From Clytia hemisphaerica (taxonomy: Eukaryota), in assembly GCF_902728285.1 (NCBI RefSeq), contig NW_027104315.1, positions 238,032-302,031 of the forward strand: a stretch of 64,000 nucleotides of DNA. The letters run 5' to 3'. Shown one piece after another: positions 1-11,514 of this stretch (positions are counted from its first letter, which is position 1; every line of letters begins with the position of its first letter). The notes under the pieces are model-generated. The model was not told where the DNA came from, searched no databases, and was given only the letters and a program-made list of their open reading frames with translations. A program made the position numbers and the translations under genes.

Positions 1-971
1 TTATAAAAAGTGTAGGCTAAAAAATAGAAGAAAGGGCTCGGACTGAAGGGTTAACAGCATACACTCTTTTTTTATAAGAACAATCAGGCTTAGACTAAAC
101 AATAGGTCTATTATCTAGACATAGAAAAATAAGAAGCTTAGGCTTAACTCAAATTCATGGTTCTTATAGAAAGAGCGTAACGAGGGTTCATAACAAGAAA
201 ATGTCAAGTGAGGAACGTTGCATATTTGTAGTCTGTTTTAAAAATTACACTGAATGTACCGTCAGATTAAGCACAAATGTATATTATATATATATATATG
301 TATATAATGTTATTAAAAATGTATACAAAAGAAGTAAGCTAAGTTTGTTAAAATCAAGGAAACCAGCACAAATGGGATAGGCCAAATCAGCAGGTTTTAT
401 TGGAATCATAAAGGCAAAGGTCAAACAATTGCATTGTGACCGTTTTGGTCATTTTTTGGCAATGACTTCTTTAGAAGAGATGCTTTATTCTATCGACCTC
501 TTTTGTCAAGAATAAATGTCACCTGAATAATCGGACAATAGTTTTTTTCTATCGACTTCTTTTATTTGTCGAGAATGTAAATCATCTGCTCAAGCAGACA
601 AGGTTATATTTTTGCCGTGTACCTCTTAGGATCAAGCACTGTTGTTTACTCACACTGTGGTGATCAATGCTTCTTAAGCACCAGCACTGTATGGCCGTTT
701 AGGAGAAAAAAAAAAGAAAAAGATATTCATCCAAAAAATTCAAAAATCCTAGGAAAAGATCCCTGAAAGTCACTTTTAAAGCTGTCTGACTGTCTGAAAA
801 TAACAGAAGAAAGTTCCAATTCCGTCGAGTTGACAAACCAAAACAGTCCAGAACATGCACCACATGGTGAGTTAAATTTCCTCAATAAAAATCGCACATA
901 TTAATCCTGACTAAAGGTTTTACACTATAGACAAGAGTTCCGCCTCACTGCACAAATCGATCGGGAGAGGC

Positions 972-2333
972 GTGGGCGTTATTAAAGGGGCAATCCGCCA
1001 CCACATAACACGGTTTGTTATTGTTTTTCTAAAACTCGATTACTTTTAAGGTGCACAGGGGAATTTCCAGTTGAGGCGGAGTGATCGAGATAAAAATATC
1101 ACGTGACTTTTGACGGGAAAAAAATCAAAACAAACTTATGTGGTGGAAGGCACAAAAAATTATCTTCCTTTCTCAGAAAAAAGCTATCGTTTTGTTTCAG
1201 CTGAAGGTAACCTGATAACAGCTGTTCATAATTTTCTTACGTGCACAGTAAACCTCTGAAGGCACTTGAAAATTATACATCTGAGGAAAATAGTCCTCCC
1301 GCAGAAAATTTCACAACAAGAATCTTGTTGTGCGCCAGAAAGTCAAAAACTGATACGGCGCCCTATTCATAAACACAATCACGCAACTTTGTTGTCATCC
1401 CCAGTCCTTATAGACGAACGCAGTCCTTACGATTTCGAGATTGCATTTTCGTCAGATCGTATGTTTTCACCCAGTGGGTTCGACTGACATTTCCTGCATT
1501 AAAAGCCAAGATGCAATATGTTTATTAAATACACGCTCACAGTATCTCTAGTCAGAGAAAACAATCACACATTCAATCAAAAGTGTCTTTAGTCAGGAAA
1601 ACAACCAAAACACGTACCAAAACAATCACACAAGTTTCAAAAGTTTAGAAAATCCACAAAACCTCTGACTCTGACCTCATGAATGTAAGAACCAAGAATT
1701 AAAGACTTTGTTTTGGGGTCACTCGGTAAACAAATCTCATATAACTTGTTCCAGAGACATTGTCCATATAAGAGTTTGTATTTCAAAGCAAAAATATTTC
1801 TCGTACTGCCCATTTTTCTCATCAATTCTTCAACTTGAACCAGTTTCACATCTCAATAGAATGTTAATACCATTTTGCCAATCATTTAATGTCCAAAGTT
1901 ATGGGGATGTAGCGTTTTCTTCATGTCAAGCAAATGTCTCTGAAATCTTTAAGTTGGTTGGTTTGGTATTCGGAAGAGGTAATCCATGGATATCTTTGTA
2001 ATCAATGATGAAAAACTCTTGAAATTACTGATGATTACGTTGAAGTGTTAGCCTCACATTTCATGTAATTATTGGTCGCCAATTAGATGAAAATTGTATG
2101 TTTTTTGTTCGTCAGAAAAGAGTTATAACTTTTAAAAAGCCAAGAGTGAATTTTCGTCCATCTTGTATTTTGATCTGAATTATTCGTGTCTTGATTACTC
2201 AAAAACATGCGCGTAACATCAAGGTAAATCCGTGCGATTTTGTCTGAATAACTAAGACAAATGAAAACAAAAACAAACTTCGCAATGTGGTGGCGGATTG
2301 CCGCCCCCTTTAAGGGCGCAAAAAGGGCGTAAG
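972..2333. mobile_element. Candidate TIR-bounded nonautonomous DNA transposon of about 1.36 kb. It has terminal inverted repeats of about 30 bp, GCGTTATTAAAGGGGCAATCCGCCACCACAT at 975-1009 and the reverse complement of 2284-2333.
   Basis: The inverted repeat pair was read directly. No long ORF lies inside. Termini and TSD are not resolved. Confidence 0.3.
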
Positions 2334-3789
2334 TAGCCAAGGATCGGAGAAATGCCTTTTTAACTAATATTTCCCCTTATAGCGGGGAAATATTCAAAAA
2401 GCGTGTATTATGTTTTGGATGTTAAGTCATTTTGGATTTTTACTAGTTATTTTCAATTTAAAGTTCAATTCAATTTTCAATAAAAATAAATGGACAATTA
2501 ATCTGTTTGATAATCCTGCTTAAAAAGTAGAGTATAATTTTTATCATTTTCTCTCTACAGAAAGTCGAAAAACGTATCGCGAGCTCGACGGTGGGAGCTG
2601 AAACATCAATTCTGTGCAATGTCAAAGACGTGCGGAGAAAACTTATCACAAAATGAACATCGTCTCATCAGAAGACCAATAAATAAATGGTATTAAGAAA
2701 AAAGAAGTAAAGATGATTGTTCGACAACACAACAAAAGAAACATCTTCAATGCTTCAATGAACGGAGAATCGGAGAGCCCTCGGGAAAAGATGCACTATA
2801 TACAACTGAAGGAGTAATTGTTTTACTTCTTTTATTAATTAGTTCATCATTTTTTATACGAATACAATTTCTTGAACCGTAAGCTAAATCTTATTTCTTA
2901 AATTCGAAAAATGCTTTACAATGTCAAATTGTGTCAGAAATATCCCCCCAACCCGATAAGCTCCTTCTATACCACATCAATTATTGCCATTGTTTTAAAA
3001 ATTATATATCATGATTTATTATCTTACATATTATCTTATTAATTTATGTCATTTTATGTAAATAAGGCATACTTTAGATTTTTAGCACAAGAATTATGAG
3101 TACATAGATATTAATATGATTTTTTTTAATATTGACTTTAATTTTAAAGAAGAAAATCATCCAAGAATATTTAATAATTCAATATCTTATCGAATTTAAT
3201 CTCGCGTCTAATTGTTGCTACAGTAACCAGAAATTTAATGTTTCCATATTAGAAGTTTTTTACCTTTTCAATGTTATGAAATGAGGCGGATCAAGTAATT
3301 TTTTAAGCTAGAATTTATATTCCCAATAACGAAACGTTGGTTATTTCTGGTCTAGACATTTGCATCTTTTCAAAAATGCGTAAATAATAAATTGTTAATC
3401 TTTCCTTTCATTAAAAGAATTTCGTTTTTTTTTTACAAAAAAGGTTCGTCTTTTCTCAATTTTGAATTTAACATTTCCATGGACAAGAAAACAAGTAAAA
3501 GTGAATCTTCACTGCGTGGAGAAAGTCTTATATTTTTACTTCAGAGAAAAGTAGTACTTTTCGTGGCTAAAAATGTAATCATTTTGTACATAGAAAAGTT
3601 AATTATGTCGATATTTAGAAAATTTAAGCTTTTCGAGAAATAGTGAAGATTCACTGTTACTTGTTTTCGCACAGAAGAAAATTCAATGATTTCAAAACAA
3701 GAAAATTGAGAGAAAAGTTAACTTTTCGTCATATATCTTGCGTTAGAGAAGACAACTTTTCATGCAGTGTGAGAAAAGCTGGTAACAGA

Positions 3790-3810
3790 CGGACGGACGG
3801 ACGGACATGG
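3790..3810. repeat. (GACG)n microsatellite inside a dispersed repeat, GAGAAAAGCTGGTAAC..GACGGACGGACGGAC..GGTTAATTTATAG. A second copy lies at 25745-25810.
   Basis: Two copies of about 70 bp were read directly at non-equivalent positions of the two paralog loci. Confidence 0.5.
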
Positions 3811-4294
3811 GTTAATTTATAGAACCTCCACAGGGGTAACCGGATTTTGTAGGTCCAAAAATCTTTAAAAAATAATCTTATCAAAGTAGTAACGGAGCGA
3901 AATTAGGTACTTGAAATCATGCAACATATTATTTAACAGTGTGGATAGGGTCAATATTTAACGTGGATAGAAATTTAGAACTTTAAGACAGTCTTTCAAT
4001 TGCTTTCATGGGGTCCACCGTTATCCAGTTATCTATGAACTGAACCAAAATATTGAAAGGAGCGGGTATTCGAACCGGGAAAATCAATCAATACATCACT
4101 TTAAACCAATCAGCTGTTGGGTTCGTGGAAGCTATTGCAATAAAGTGCATATCATAAATAAAAGTATCACTTGAATACTCAAGGGATTCAATCACCTTGG
4201 CAATGGCTTTGAAACGAGGTAGACGTTGCACTCAAGATAATTTATTAAGATACCAGTATAACTAGATTAAATATGCCATAACCAATGCTCTTAC

Positions 4295-4392
4295 CAGATC
4301 ATTTGAGCCAGATATGATTATGTCTTCAGTGGGATGGCACGACAGACAATAAATGACACCACCTGCGTCTGTCGCCGAACAGAGCTGGTTTC
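4295..4392 (-). CDS. Paralog A exon 12. WD40 blade reading GNQLCSATDAGGVIYCLSCHPTEDIIISGSNDL.
   Basis: Acceptor is cgtatctttgtAG|GAAAC and donor is GATCTG|GTAAGA. Length is 98 nt. Confidence 0.6.
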
Positions 4393-4853
4393 CTACAAAG
4401 ATACGTACAATCTTTCATTACACGTTTTTATTAAGAACATTAGGCTTCGATGGTCAACATATAAAGAACATATTAAGGCTTTGTGGACTCTAAAACGTCA
4501 AATGTTCTTGGAAAATTGCACAAAATGCTCACAAAATGGTGAAATTAAGAAAATTTGAAGGCTTCAAAATTATTGGATGTTGAAAAAATCATAAAAAATA
4601 GGAAAACTAGTTCTCGTCCAAATTTGTTCCCTTCGTGTATTTTATTAGTATATTGCTACTTTGCTTTGAAAAAAATTTCATTACTAATTATAGTTTAAAG
4701 TTCCAAAACGACTAAAATTTATTCCCTTCATTGGGGCTTAGGGAAGTGAAAATCAAAAACATCAAATCTTTCATTCTACATGGGGAGGAAGAATTTAACA
4801 ATTCAATAAAAAAAGCGAGAAAAGTTATAAATTGGAATAAAGGGAAATCTTAC

Positions 4854-5106
4854 CTTGGAGATCCCATCCAATAATTTCACCACCCAAATGAGCTGAGAAA
4901 ATCATTTCCAAGCGTTCATTATAACAATAATCAAATCCAGGCTTTTCAGTACACCATTTCTTGACAATTCCAAACGAACTCTTATCTAAAACAGCGATCC
5001 ATGAGTCTTCCTTGTTTCCATCCCAAGTGATCGCCTTCCTTTCCCAGCCAGTACCGCTGAGGATGTGGTTGTCGGTACATTCTAGCCAAGCAATGAAAGA
5101 TGGACT
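4854..5106 (-). CDS. Paralog A exon 11. WD40 exon ending ...IFSAHLGGEIIGWDLQG.
   Basis: Acceptor is ttctgccctAG|AGTCC and donor is CAAG|GTAAGA. Length is 253 nt. Confidence 0.6.
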
Positions 5107-5714
5107 CTAGGGCAGAATACATAAAAGAAATTAGTAAATTTAGTGTAATAGCCGTAGATATATGCTAGACCAATAATTCAGACATATTAAAAAATAAACA
5201 AAAATAATGAAAGGAACAAAATCGTAGTCTGCAGTTTATATAAACTTTTGTTATCCCGCAATAATAATCTTATTAGCATATAACAGCCATAGAACTGTAT
5301 TATAAGGATTATAAAAACGACTCAAGTCTAAATAAAGTCATAAGCAGGTAAACTAATTGGTAGGAAACTCATTTTCAAAAAACTCAAATGAAAGAGTTCT
5401 CTAAGTAAAAAGGAGTGGGTATTAACCGCCACAAATATAAATCACAACCTAAAGTAGACTGGAGTCGTTTATAATGCGTGTAATAAGACGTTATATGATA
5501 ATACGATTATTGTTACGGGATTTAGTTTGTATATAAAATAAAATTGTTCCCTCCATTACTTTTTGCTTTATTTCTACTATGTCTGAATTAGTCGTCTAGC
5601 TTACTAGACTAAACTAAAGATATTTTTTTCTTAATGATATAGAAAAGAGATTACAAAGTAGACTAGACTCTACTTCTGACTGAACTTTGCTTTTTGATAA
5701 TATTTTATGAGACA

Positions 5715-5942
5715 CCCCCCCCTCAGCGGTTTGCGTGATGGCGTGATTGGGACTTCTTACTTGCGTGATGGCGTGATCAAGATTTTGGCGTGATGCGTGA
5801 TAGGGTATTTGGGCTATTTTTCGCTATTTTTCGCTATCTTTCGCTATTTTTTGCGTGATGACAAATTTTAGCGATTTTCGTGATGCGTGACGGAGAAATT
5901 TTTTTTGCATGATGTCGTGTTAAGGGGTGCCGCTGGGGGGCC
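5715..5942. mobile_element. Small MITE of about 230 bp with C-run TIRs, CCCCCCCCTCAGCGG and CCGCTGGGGGGCC, and internal GCGTGATG and TTTTTCGCTAT repeats. A solo homologous terminus lies at 24373-24392.
   Basis: Inverted termini were read directly. No TSD was resolved. Confidence 0.4.
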
Positions 5943-6385
5943 TCTTTTATGACGCTGGGTCTAGGAGCATTTGACGAGGTAGCCATTTTGAAAGAAAATG
6001 TTAAAAATCCAAATAATTAAGAAGCTACTTAGAGTTGAAAAATATAATGAAAAATGAGAAACAAACATCAAACATCAGTATCAGATTTGCAATCCCTTAT
6101 TTTTAAATAAAAATATTGCTTCATACTGTTTTTACCTTCCAAAAGAAACTTAAAGTCTGGCGGACTGTATAAGCAAAAGCTTATTACCATATACTACCGG
6201 GCCACTTAATCGCGCCATCCAGTCTATAAAAAAGCTTTAAGTGGACCCCGGGCTAATTAAAAAGCAGAATAAACAAAGAAATTTCCCAAAATTTGTGCTC
6301 GGGGCGGCACCGAAATGGGGAGAATCTTGTTCTTTCTTTCTTTTGTTTAAAAATGCTTTGTAAGCAAAATGGTAAGAGGTACGCT

Positions 6386-6727
6386 CCCGGGGGGGGGGGG
6401 CACTGGGTTTGCGAACTGACGGTATGTGCGTGCCAAAAATTGGCTTTTAAAATTGCATCCTTACAGTGCAGCAAAAATCAGTGAAAATCATACCCTTAGA
6501 GTGCATTTCCCTCCAAATGTTCGATCCCTTTCGTGCAAAAAATGGTCAAAATTCTAGTATTTTTGGTCAAAATATCTATAATTTTCAAGAATTTTCTGAA
6601 ATTTCTACCCTTACAGTGCATCTTTAGTTTTTCCGACCCTTACAGTGCATTTTAAACATATTGGAAAAGGTACCCTTAGGGCCCGCACATACCCGTCGGT
6701 CCTTTTGCCCAGCTGCCCCCCCCCGGG
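6386..6727. mobile_element. hAT-like MITE of about 340 bp in intron 10 of paralog A. TIRs are CCCGGGGGGGGGGGCACTGGG and CCCAGCTGCCCCCCCCCCGGG. It is flanked by an 8-bp direct repeat GGTACGCT at 6378-6385 and 6728-6735. The interior carries 5 degenerate copies of ACCCTTACAGTGCA.
   Basis: TIRs and the 8-bp TSD were read directly. An 8-bp TSD is typical of the hAT superfamily. Confidence 0.5.
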
Positions 6728-6806
6728 GGTACGCTAAATGATGACCTTTAACTTTTCAAGCAAACAAGGGCACGAGGAGGCGTTGCGAGTGAGGGTGAAA
6801 AATTAC

Positions 6807-7639
6807 CTCGTTAAAAACGTTGACTGATTGTTCACAAGAAGCTGTAGAGACATCCCACCGCGATATTTCTCCTTTGACTTCACCAACAAACAAAGTTTTG
6901 CCGTCTACCGAAATACAAACAGCGGAGCCGCGGACCTTCAGTTCATGAATCACCTCTGCACTGCTTTGGTCCATGATCGAGGTCGTATATTGGTCCACTA
7001 TGGCAACTAGGTCTCCTTTCGTGTTTGTTGCAGCGCAGTTGATACCTCCTTGAGCGTATTTAACAAGCATCGGATCACCTTCCGTAGGGACGTTGACCCA
7101 ATATAAGGGGTACGCTTCCCCCTTAATCGAGGGCTCCATCCCTAGAGCCAAGGTATCTTTAGTGACGTATGAGGTGGGAGCTTGTGTTACAGCCATGTTA
7201 AGACAGAAATTCGGGAATTCCCGAATATAGGATGTGTAGAGCTGAACAAACGAGGCCCATTGCTTGAGAGCATCTATGTCATCTGTATTTGTGAGTGTTT
7301 CCAAGGCGAGAGTGTATTCGTCACTAAGGCTTTGATGCTGTTTAGCAACAATGCGTTGTTTAACAAAGTGGATATTCCTCAAACTCGTTTTCAAGCTTTC
7401 CAAAGGTGAATCTTGATTTTGGTGAGCTTTGAGTTGATGGTAGACCAGTTGTTCTAGGGAGTGTTCGAAATATGCTGGTGGTTCCTCTTGAGGTGTTTCA
7501 CAGCATTGCTTGGTGATAATGTCTTCGAAAAAATCTCTCATCCACGCGTGTGTTTCTTGTTCGAATGATTCCGTCATAAATTTTTGACGCACGGCATATT
7601 TGAGCTGGTCGTGGAAGAATCGAAGATAACCACCTCCGC
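6807..7639 (-). CDS. Paralog A exon 10 (833 nt). Helical region, then the start of the WD-like sensor. The divergent region relative to paralog B begins around 7100.
   Basis: Acceptor is tgttttgtAG|GCGGAGG and donor is AACGAG|GTAATT. Phase is 1 to 0. Confidence 0.65.
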
Positions 7640-8175
7640 CTACAAAACATTACGTTAATAATTTTAGATCTGAATTGTGAGTCCCTGTTTAAATAACTTT
7701 GAATATTTCTTTTACTGTGTGTCCCCTAAATCAGCTCCTTAACGATATTTCAAAAATGAAGAGCCTTAGTTCCAGTTAATTCCTGAACAGCGCAGTCGGC
7801 CTTATAGGGAGGGGTCTGGTAAAAAATGGCCAGGGTTGCTACAGCTTTACCAAGTTGAAAATTCCAGACTTTTAGTCTCAAAAGCCATGTTTTCCGGATT
7901 TACCTAAAAAAGTCAAACATTTTCCAAATATTTTGGTAAAATACTCAATATTATCCAGACATTTCATCCATTAGGAAGGTTTTCAGTTTTTTGTTAACGG
8001 TCATTTGAAAGAACACATTGATGAATACAACGGAATGAGAAATATCAGAATGAACAAGTAAAGATTTGGTTACGGGCTAAGCGAGGGAATTTCATTAGGT
8101 ATAAGCTATCAAAGGGCAATCTTACAATTATTCTGTTAAAAAAATAATTACGGGAAAATATCCAAAAAACCTCAC

Positions 8176-8763
8176 CAGCAGCTAAAAAATGAGCAATCGA
8201 ATCGTAGATTCTTGGAAAATTTGCATCGTACAGAAACTCTCCATCGCCTTTTTCTCTTTGTTCTTTAAAATGCAGAAGGTCGTTGATTTGGTTTTCCAGT
8301 AAGCCATCTTTTGAAACACACAATAATCCTGCAACGTCTTCTACAAATAGTTTACCGTAATCGTTAGACCATTCGTCTAAAAGGAAGCTAAACAGATCTG
8401 TAATGGTGTTTGGTAGACTCTCAATATACTGGGTCACTTTCTCGAAAATTCCAAACTTCCTCAGAGCCTCACATGCAGCGATTAAGTACAATGGACTTTG
8501 ACTTTTGGACAACAATTTCTCCATTTGATTTCCCAGAATTGGATCCTGATTTTCAGTTAGCTTCTTATTAAACCTTTCAAGTGTTGCTCGGACCATTTCT
8601 TGCAAATCCGCATGACTCATGTTTTCGATAGGAAGGCGTTGTGCATCTGGTGAAACATTGCAAGCGTTCTGAAATGTCCCATTTTCTTGGTTTAATGTTG
8701 AGATCATGAATTTGAGATTTTTTGGAGCTGCTTTTGGTGGAAGCCACCACATATCCCAAGCAC
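8176..8763 (-). CDS. Paralog A exon 9. Post-NACHT helical region of 195 codons.
   Basis: Acceptor is ttatttcAG|GTGCTTGG and donor is GCTG|GTGAGG. Length is 588 nt. It is one codon shorter than paralog B, with PKAAPKN here versus PTKKAPKN there. Confidence 0.65.
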
Positions 8764-9476
8764 CTGAAATAATAAACAAATAACGCATAAAAGGAATTGT
8801 GACACTTTTAAAGCAGTCAGCATTTATAGTGTGGTCGTGTTACAAAAATACAGGCTGTTTGTAGGAAAAAAATATTACTGTCTCCAAAATTGCGAGGTTA
8901 TGTATTTGCACTTTTGAGAACAGCAGAGTGACTGAAGGAATTTGGAATAAGTATTGACCCGCAAATTCAAGGACGGTAAAAGTATGTCCTTCAGTCATTC
9001 AGGATCTAGACAACTAAGAAGCTAATAAATGTATTTGCCGAAAGGAAACACATATAAATAAGCTCACTAATGAATGACCTCTACAAAATTCAGAATACGG
9101 ACCTCCGCAATGTCTTCTGACATATATGTTTTTATGGTGTTATGTTGTTACAACTGAGGTGGTTGAATCTACGTGATTTTGTAATTATCTCTGACGTCAT
9201 TACAGTGCATAGTTCGGACCCCTTCTTTCTTAAAGGGGGATGACACCTTCCGAAAAATGAAGAGGAAGGAAGGGGGGATAATTTAAGAAGGGGGCTTATA
9301 TATTGTAGATTATTTTCAAGCACTGTTATGAAATTTGGTCTTCATGAGATGAAGTTTTCTCTTAGAATAGTTTGATTCAAAAAGAAGAAAGAAGTTTGCA
9401 GTGGTACATATCCTGACCATGAAAGACTTCATCTTTTTTCGAACCAAACTGAACGGTAATGGAATCTTAAACTTAC

Positions 9477-9677
9477 CAAGCCCACTGTGGAATTGATTGA
9501 CTGCATCAATAATGATAACAAATAATTTTTTTGGATATTGATTCGCACTTTCGATAAGAAATTCGTGATGTTGTTGTTTCAGCTCTGAAGCATTTCCAGT
9601 AAATTCTTTGGATAATTTCGTTTCACCCATATCTCGTCTGTATTTTCTCAAATTGATTTGAAGTCTGCGCATCATGC
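9477..9677 (-). CDS. Paralog A exon 8. NACHT Walker-B exon reading ...KKLFVIIIDAVNQFHSGLG.
   Basis: Acceptor is tttaacgcAG|GC and donor is CTTG|GTAAGT. Length is 201 nt. Confidence 0.65.
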
Positions 9678-10249
9678 CTGCGTTAAAATAAATACAATAA
9701 CAATAATTACAATAACACAACTCAATAAATATACTTTGAGACTAGAGTTTTGAAATTTGCTGACTGTTTTCGGCGCTACTCAAATACCTCAAGATCTAGC
9801 CATGAAAATCCATGGTATTCTCAAAAATGATGACGCCAACATAAAAATTTGCATTTCGAAGACGTATTGTCCATTTCCGAGGAACTTCATCGACCAAACA
9901 AGATAAATGACCGCATTTTGGAGATCTATCTTAAGCTCTAACAAATGGTACAACAAGTTCTTGTCAATGAGGAATTTAGAAAACTGACTTTCCAATGATC
10001 TTTTTCAAAAGGGTGTCGTTTTGGCCAAACGATTCTAACCCGCCTTCAATAGTTCAAAGAAAACTTTCTCCAGCTTTGCCAGCTTGGCAAAAACTGGTTT
10101 TGAAGCCTAGAGGAGCCTTATGTTCAGAAAATAAAAAATACCTTTATATACTGTTTGTCAGGGTCCACCAAGACCACCTCCGGACTAAATTTTAGGCGAA
10201 TATATAGTAGACCCATCATTATTTGGTTATTGACAAACTATAATCTCAC

Positions 10250-10524
10250 CTTCCAAAACATTGGAACCAGGACAAGTATCAACTGCATGGATAAACAAAA
10301 AGTTATTGTTTTCTTGAAATTCCTTCGAACATAAAACCGCAACTTTGGCCAACAATCCGGACTTTCCGCAACCCGGTTCACCATGCAGGATCATAGTATT
10401 TGCATTATTGCCACATTTTGTAGAACAGTGTTTAAAAGCCTTGTCAACAAGATCTGTTCGACCAACAAAAGTGGATGCTTTCAGTTTGACGGCGTTCTCG
10501 TGTTGAATTGATTCCATCGCATAC
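10250..10524 (-). CDS. Paralog A exon 7. NACHT P-loop exon with Walker A GEPGCGKSG.
   Basis: Acceptor is ctctttccttcaccAG|G, with a strong polypyrimidine tract. Donor is GAAG|GTGAGA. Length is 275 nt. The 49 N-terminal residues of ORF 10227..10673 are SINE-derived intron, not exon. Confidence 0.7.
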
Positions 10525-10552
10525 CTGGTGAAGGAAAGAGTAATAAGTAGTA

Positions 10553-10759
10553 CTGAGTAAGTCTGCGACCGCATGGTAGGGGAGGGCGCCACTCTTTCTC
10601 CTTGGATTGCTCCACTTACCCTTGATTCTTCCCTTAATTGCTGAGCATCAAGAAGAGAGGCATCGAGTACCATTTTGGGAATCTTTAGTATGACTCAGCT
10701 GGGGTTGAACCCACAACCTTGTGTACCGTAGCCGGATGCTCTACCACTGACTACGACAG
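10553..10759 (-). mobile_element. tRNA-derived SINE, antisense to the plus strand and in the sense orientation of the gene. It lies in intron 6 of paralog A with its 3' end about 30 nt upstream of the exon 7 acceptor. It is flanked by a 9-bp TSD TAAGTAGTA at 10544-10552 and 10760-10768, and carries about 45 bp of internal deletion relative to the other copies.
   Basis: Pol III A-box-like TAGTCAGTGGTAGAGC and B-box-like GGGTTCAACCCC are present. The direct repeat was read on both flanks. Confidence 0.6.
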
Positions 10760-11307
10760 CTAAGTAGTAAGAAGAGTGATGAGCATCTCTAGTGTAGAAT
10801 TCTTTGGGTTTCCCACGATAAACGGAGGTATGTCAATAAAATCTAGAGAGAGATCTAAACAGTATAATTTATGACTTGACGTTTTATGTGAGAGGTCGAA
10901 AGATCAAGAAAATGTTGGTAGTTTTTTAAATATATTTTTCAGAAATATTAGGGAATATTGACAACCGTTTAAAGTCAAACTTTGTCAAAAATGAGCCAAG
11001 AAAAGATATGCAGATGGAGGCTAGGTGAGGTGAATCCCAAAAGTAGTAATCGAAGATACTTGTTACAGCCTAGCTTTCGCAGTCCACGTAGTTTTCATAC
11101 AAATAACGATTTACGACAAGATTTAGAAAAAAGTGCCAGGCAAAAAACAAAACCAGTGCTAGATTTAAGGCATAACTTAAATCTTTCCTGGAAAAGGTGG
11201 AAGATTCTTCTCTTGCCCTCGGTTACATCTCATTGGACCTCGTGACTTGAGGTTGTTTTGTTCCCGGAACTCAAACTATTCAACGGACTTGAAATAAAAA
11301 TTCTTAC

Positions 11308-11514
11308 TGATCAACCTGAGTGGTATCAACGGATGAATAATTCGATAAAATCGCCTCCATTAAATCATCCTCGACTCGTTTTTCGAAATCCTCCAACTTT
11401 TTCACGTAACCAACTCCAAAACTCTTGGCGTTCTCTCGTTTGCAAGTGATTTTTGCATTGACGAATTCTGCGTTGTATTCAAACCATTTGATTTGAGGAT
11501 GATTTTGAATGAAC
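11308..11514 (-). CDS. Paralog A exon 6. Reads KFIQNHPQIKWFEYNAEFVNAKITCKRENAKSFGVGYVKKLEDFEKRVEDDLMEAILSNYSSVDTTQVD.
   Basis: Acceptor is tttttcAG|GTTCATTC and donor is GATCA|GTAAGA. Length is 207 nt. Confidence 0.6.

Noticed and set aside
2366-2394. Perfect hairpin AATATTTCCCC-ttatagc-GGGGAAATATT resembling a rho-independent terminator.
   Set aside because: The context is eukaryotic. It lies at the edge of a candidate TIR element and is more likely TE-terminal structure. No functional claim is made.
1-4290. A search for paralog A exons 13-19 by homology to paralog B exons at 16273-23034.
   Set aside because: No convincing WD40-like minus-strand exon was found in 1-4290. For example, ORF 1637..1849 is not WD-like. 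The remaining exons probably lie beyond the window start, so they are not annotated.
6460-6690. Repeated ACCCTTACAGTGCA motifs, also at 28740-28930 and 63780-63960, that resemble CRISPR direct repeats.
   Set aside because: Spacing is irregular at 27-115 bp and the copies are degenerate. They lie inside a TIR-bounded MITE and the locus is intron-containing eukaryotic DNA. This is not a CRISPR array.
10525-10673. The N-terminal 49 aa (MVLDASLLDAQQLREESRVSGAIQGERVAPSPT...) of ORF 10227..10673 fused to the NACHT exon.
   Set aside because: This segment is the antisense tRNA-SINE body, also seen at 29346-29601 and 43779-44054. The real exon begins at the strong acceptor at 10524-10526, and the upstream exon 6 joins it in phase.
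11301-11303. TAA immediately after exon 6, with 31590-31592 in paralog B, as the stop codon of a separate small DUF4062-only gene.
   Set aside because: A strong GTAAGA donor precedes it by one base. Splicing CA|G or AA|G into the NACHT exon maintains phase, and all 19 exons then sum to a multiple of 3. A fused DUF4062-NACHT architecture is the known one. A separate gene cannot be fully excluded without transcripts.
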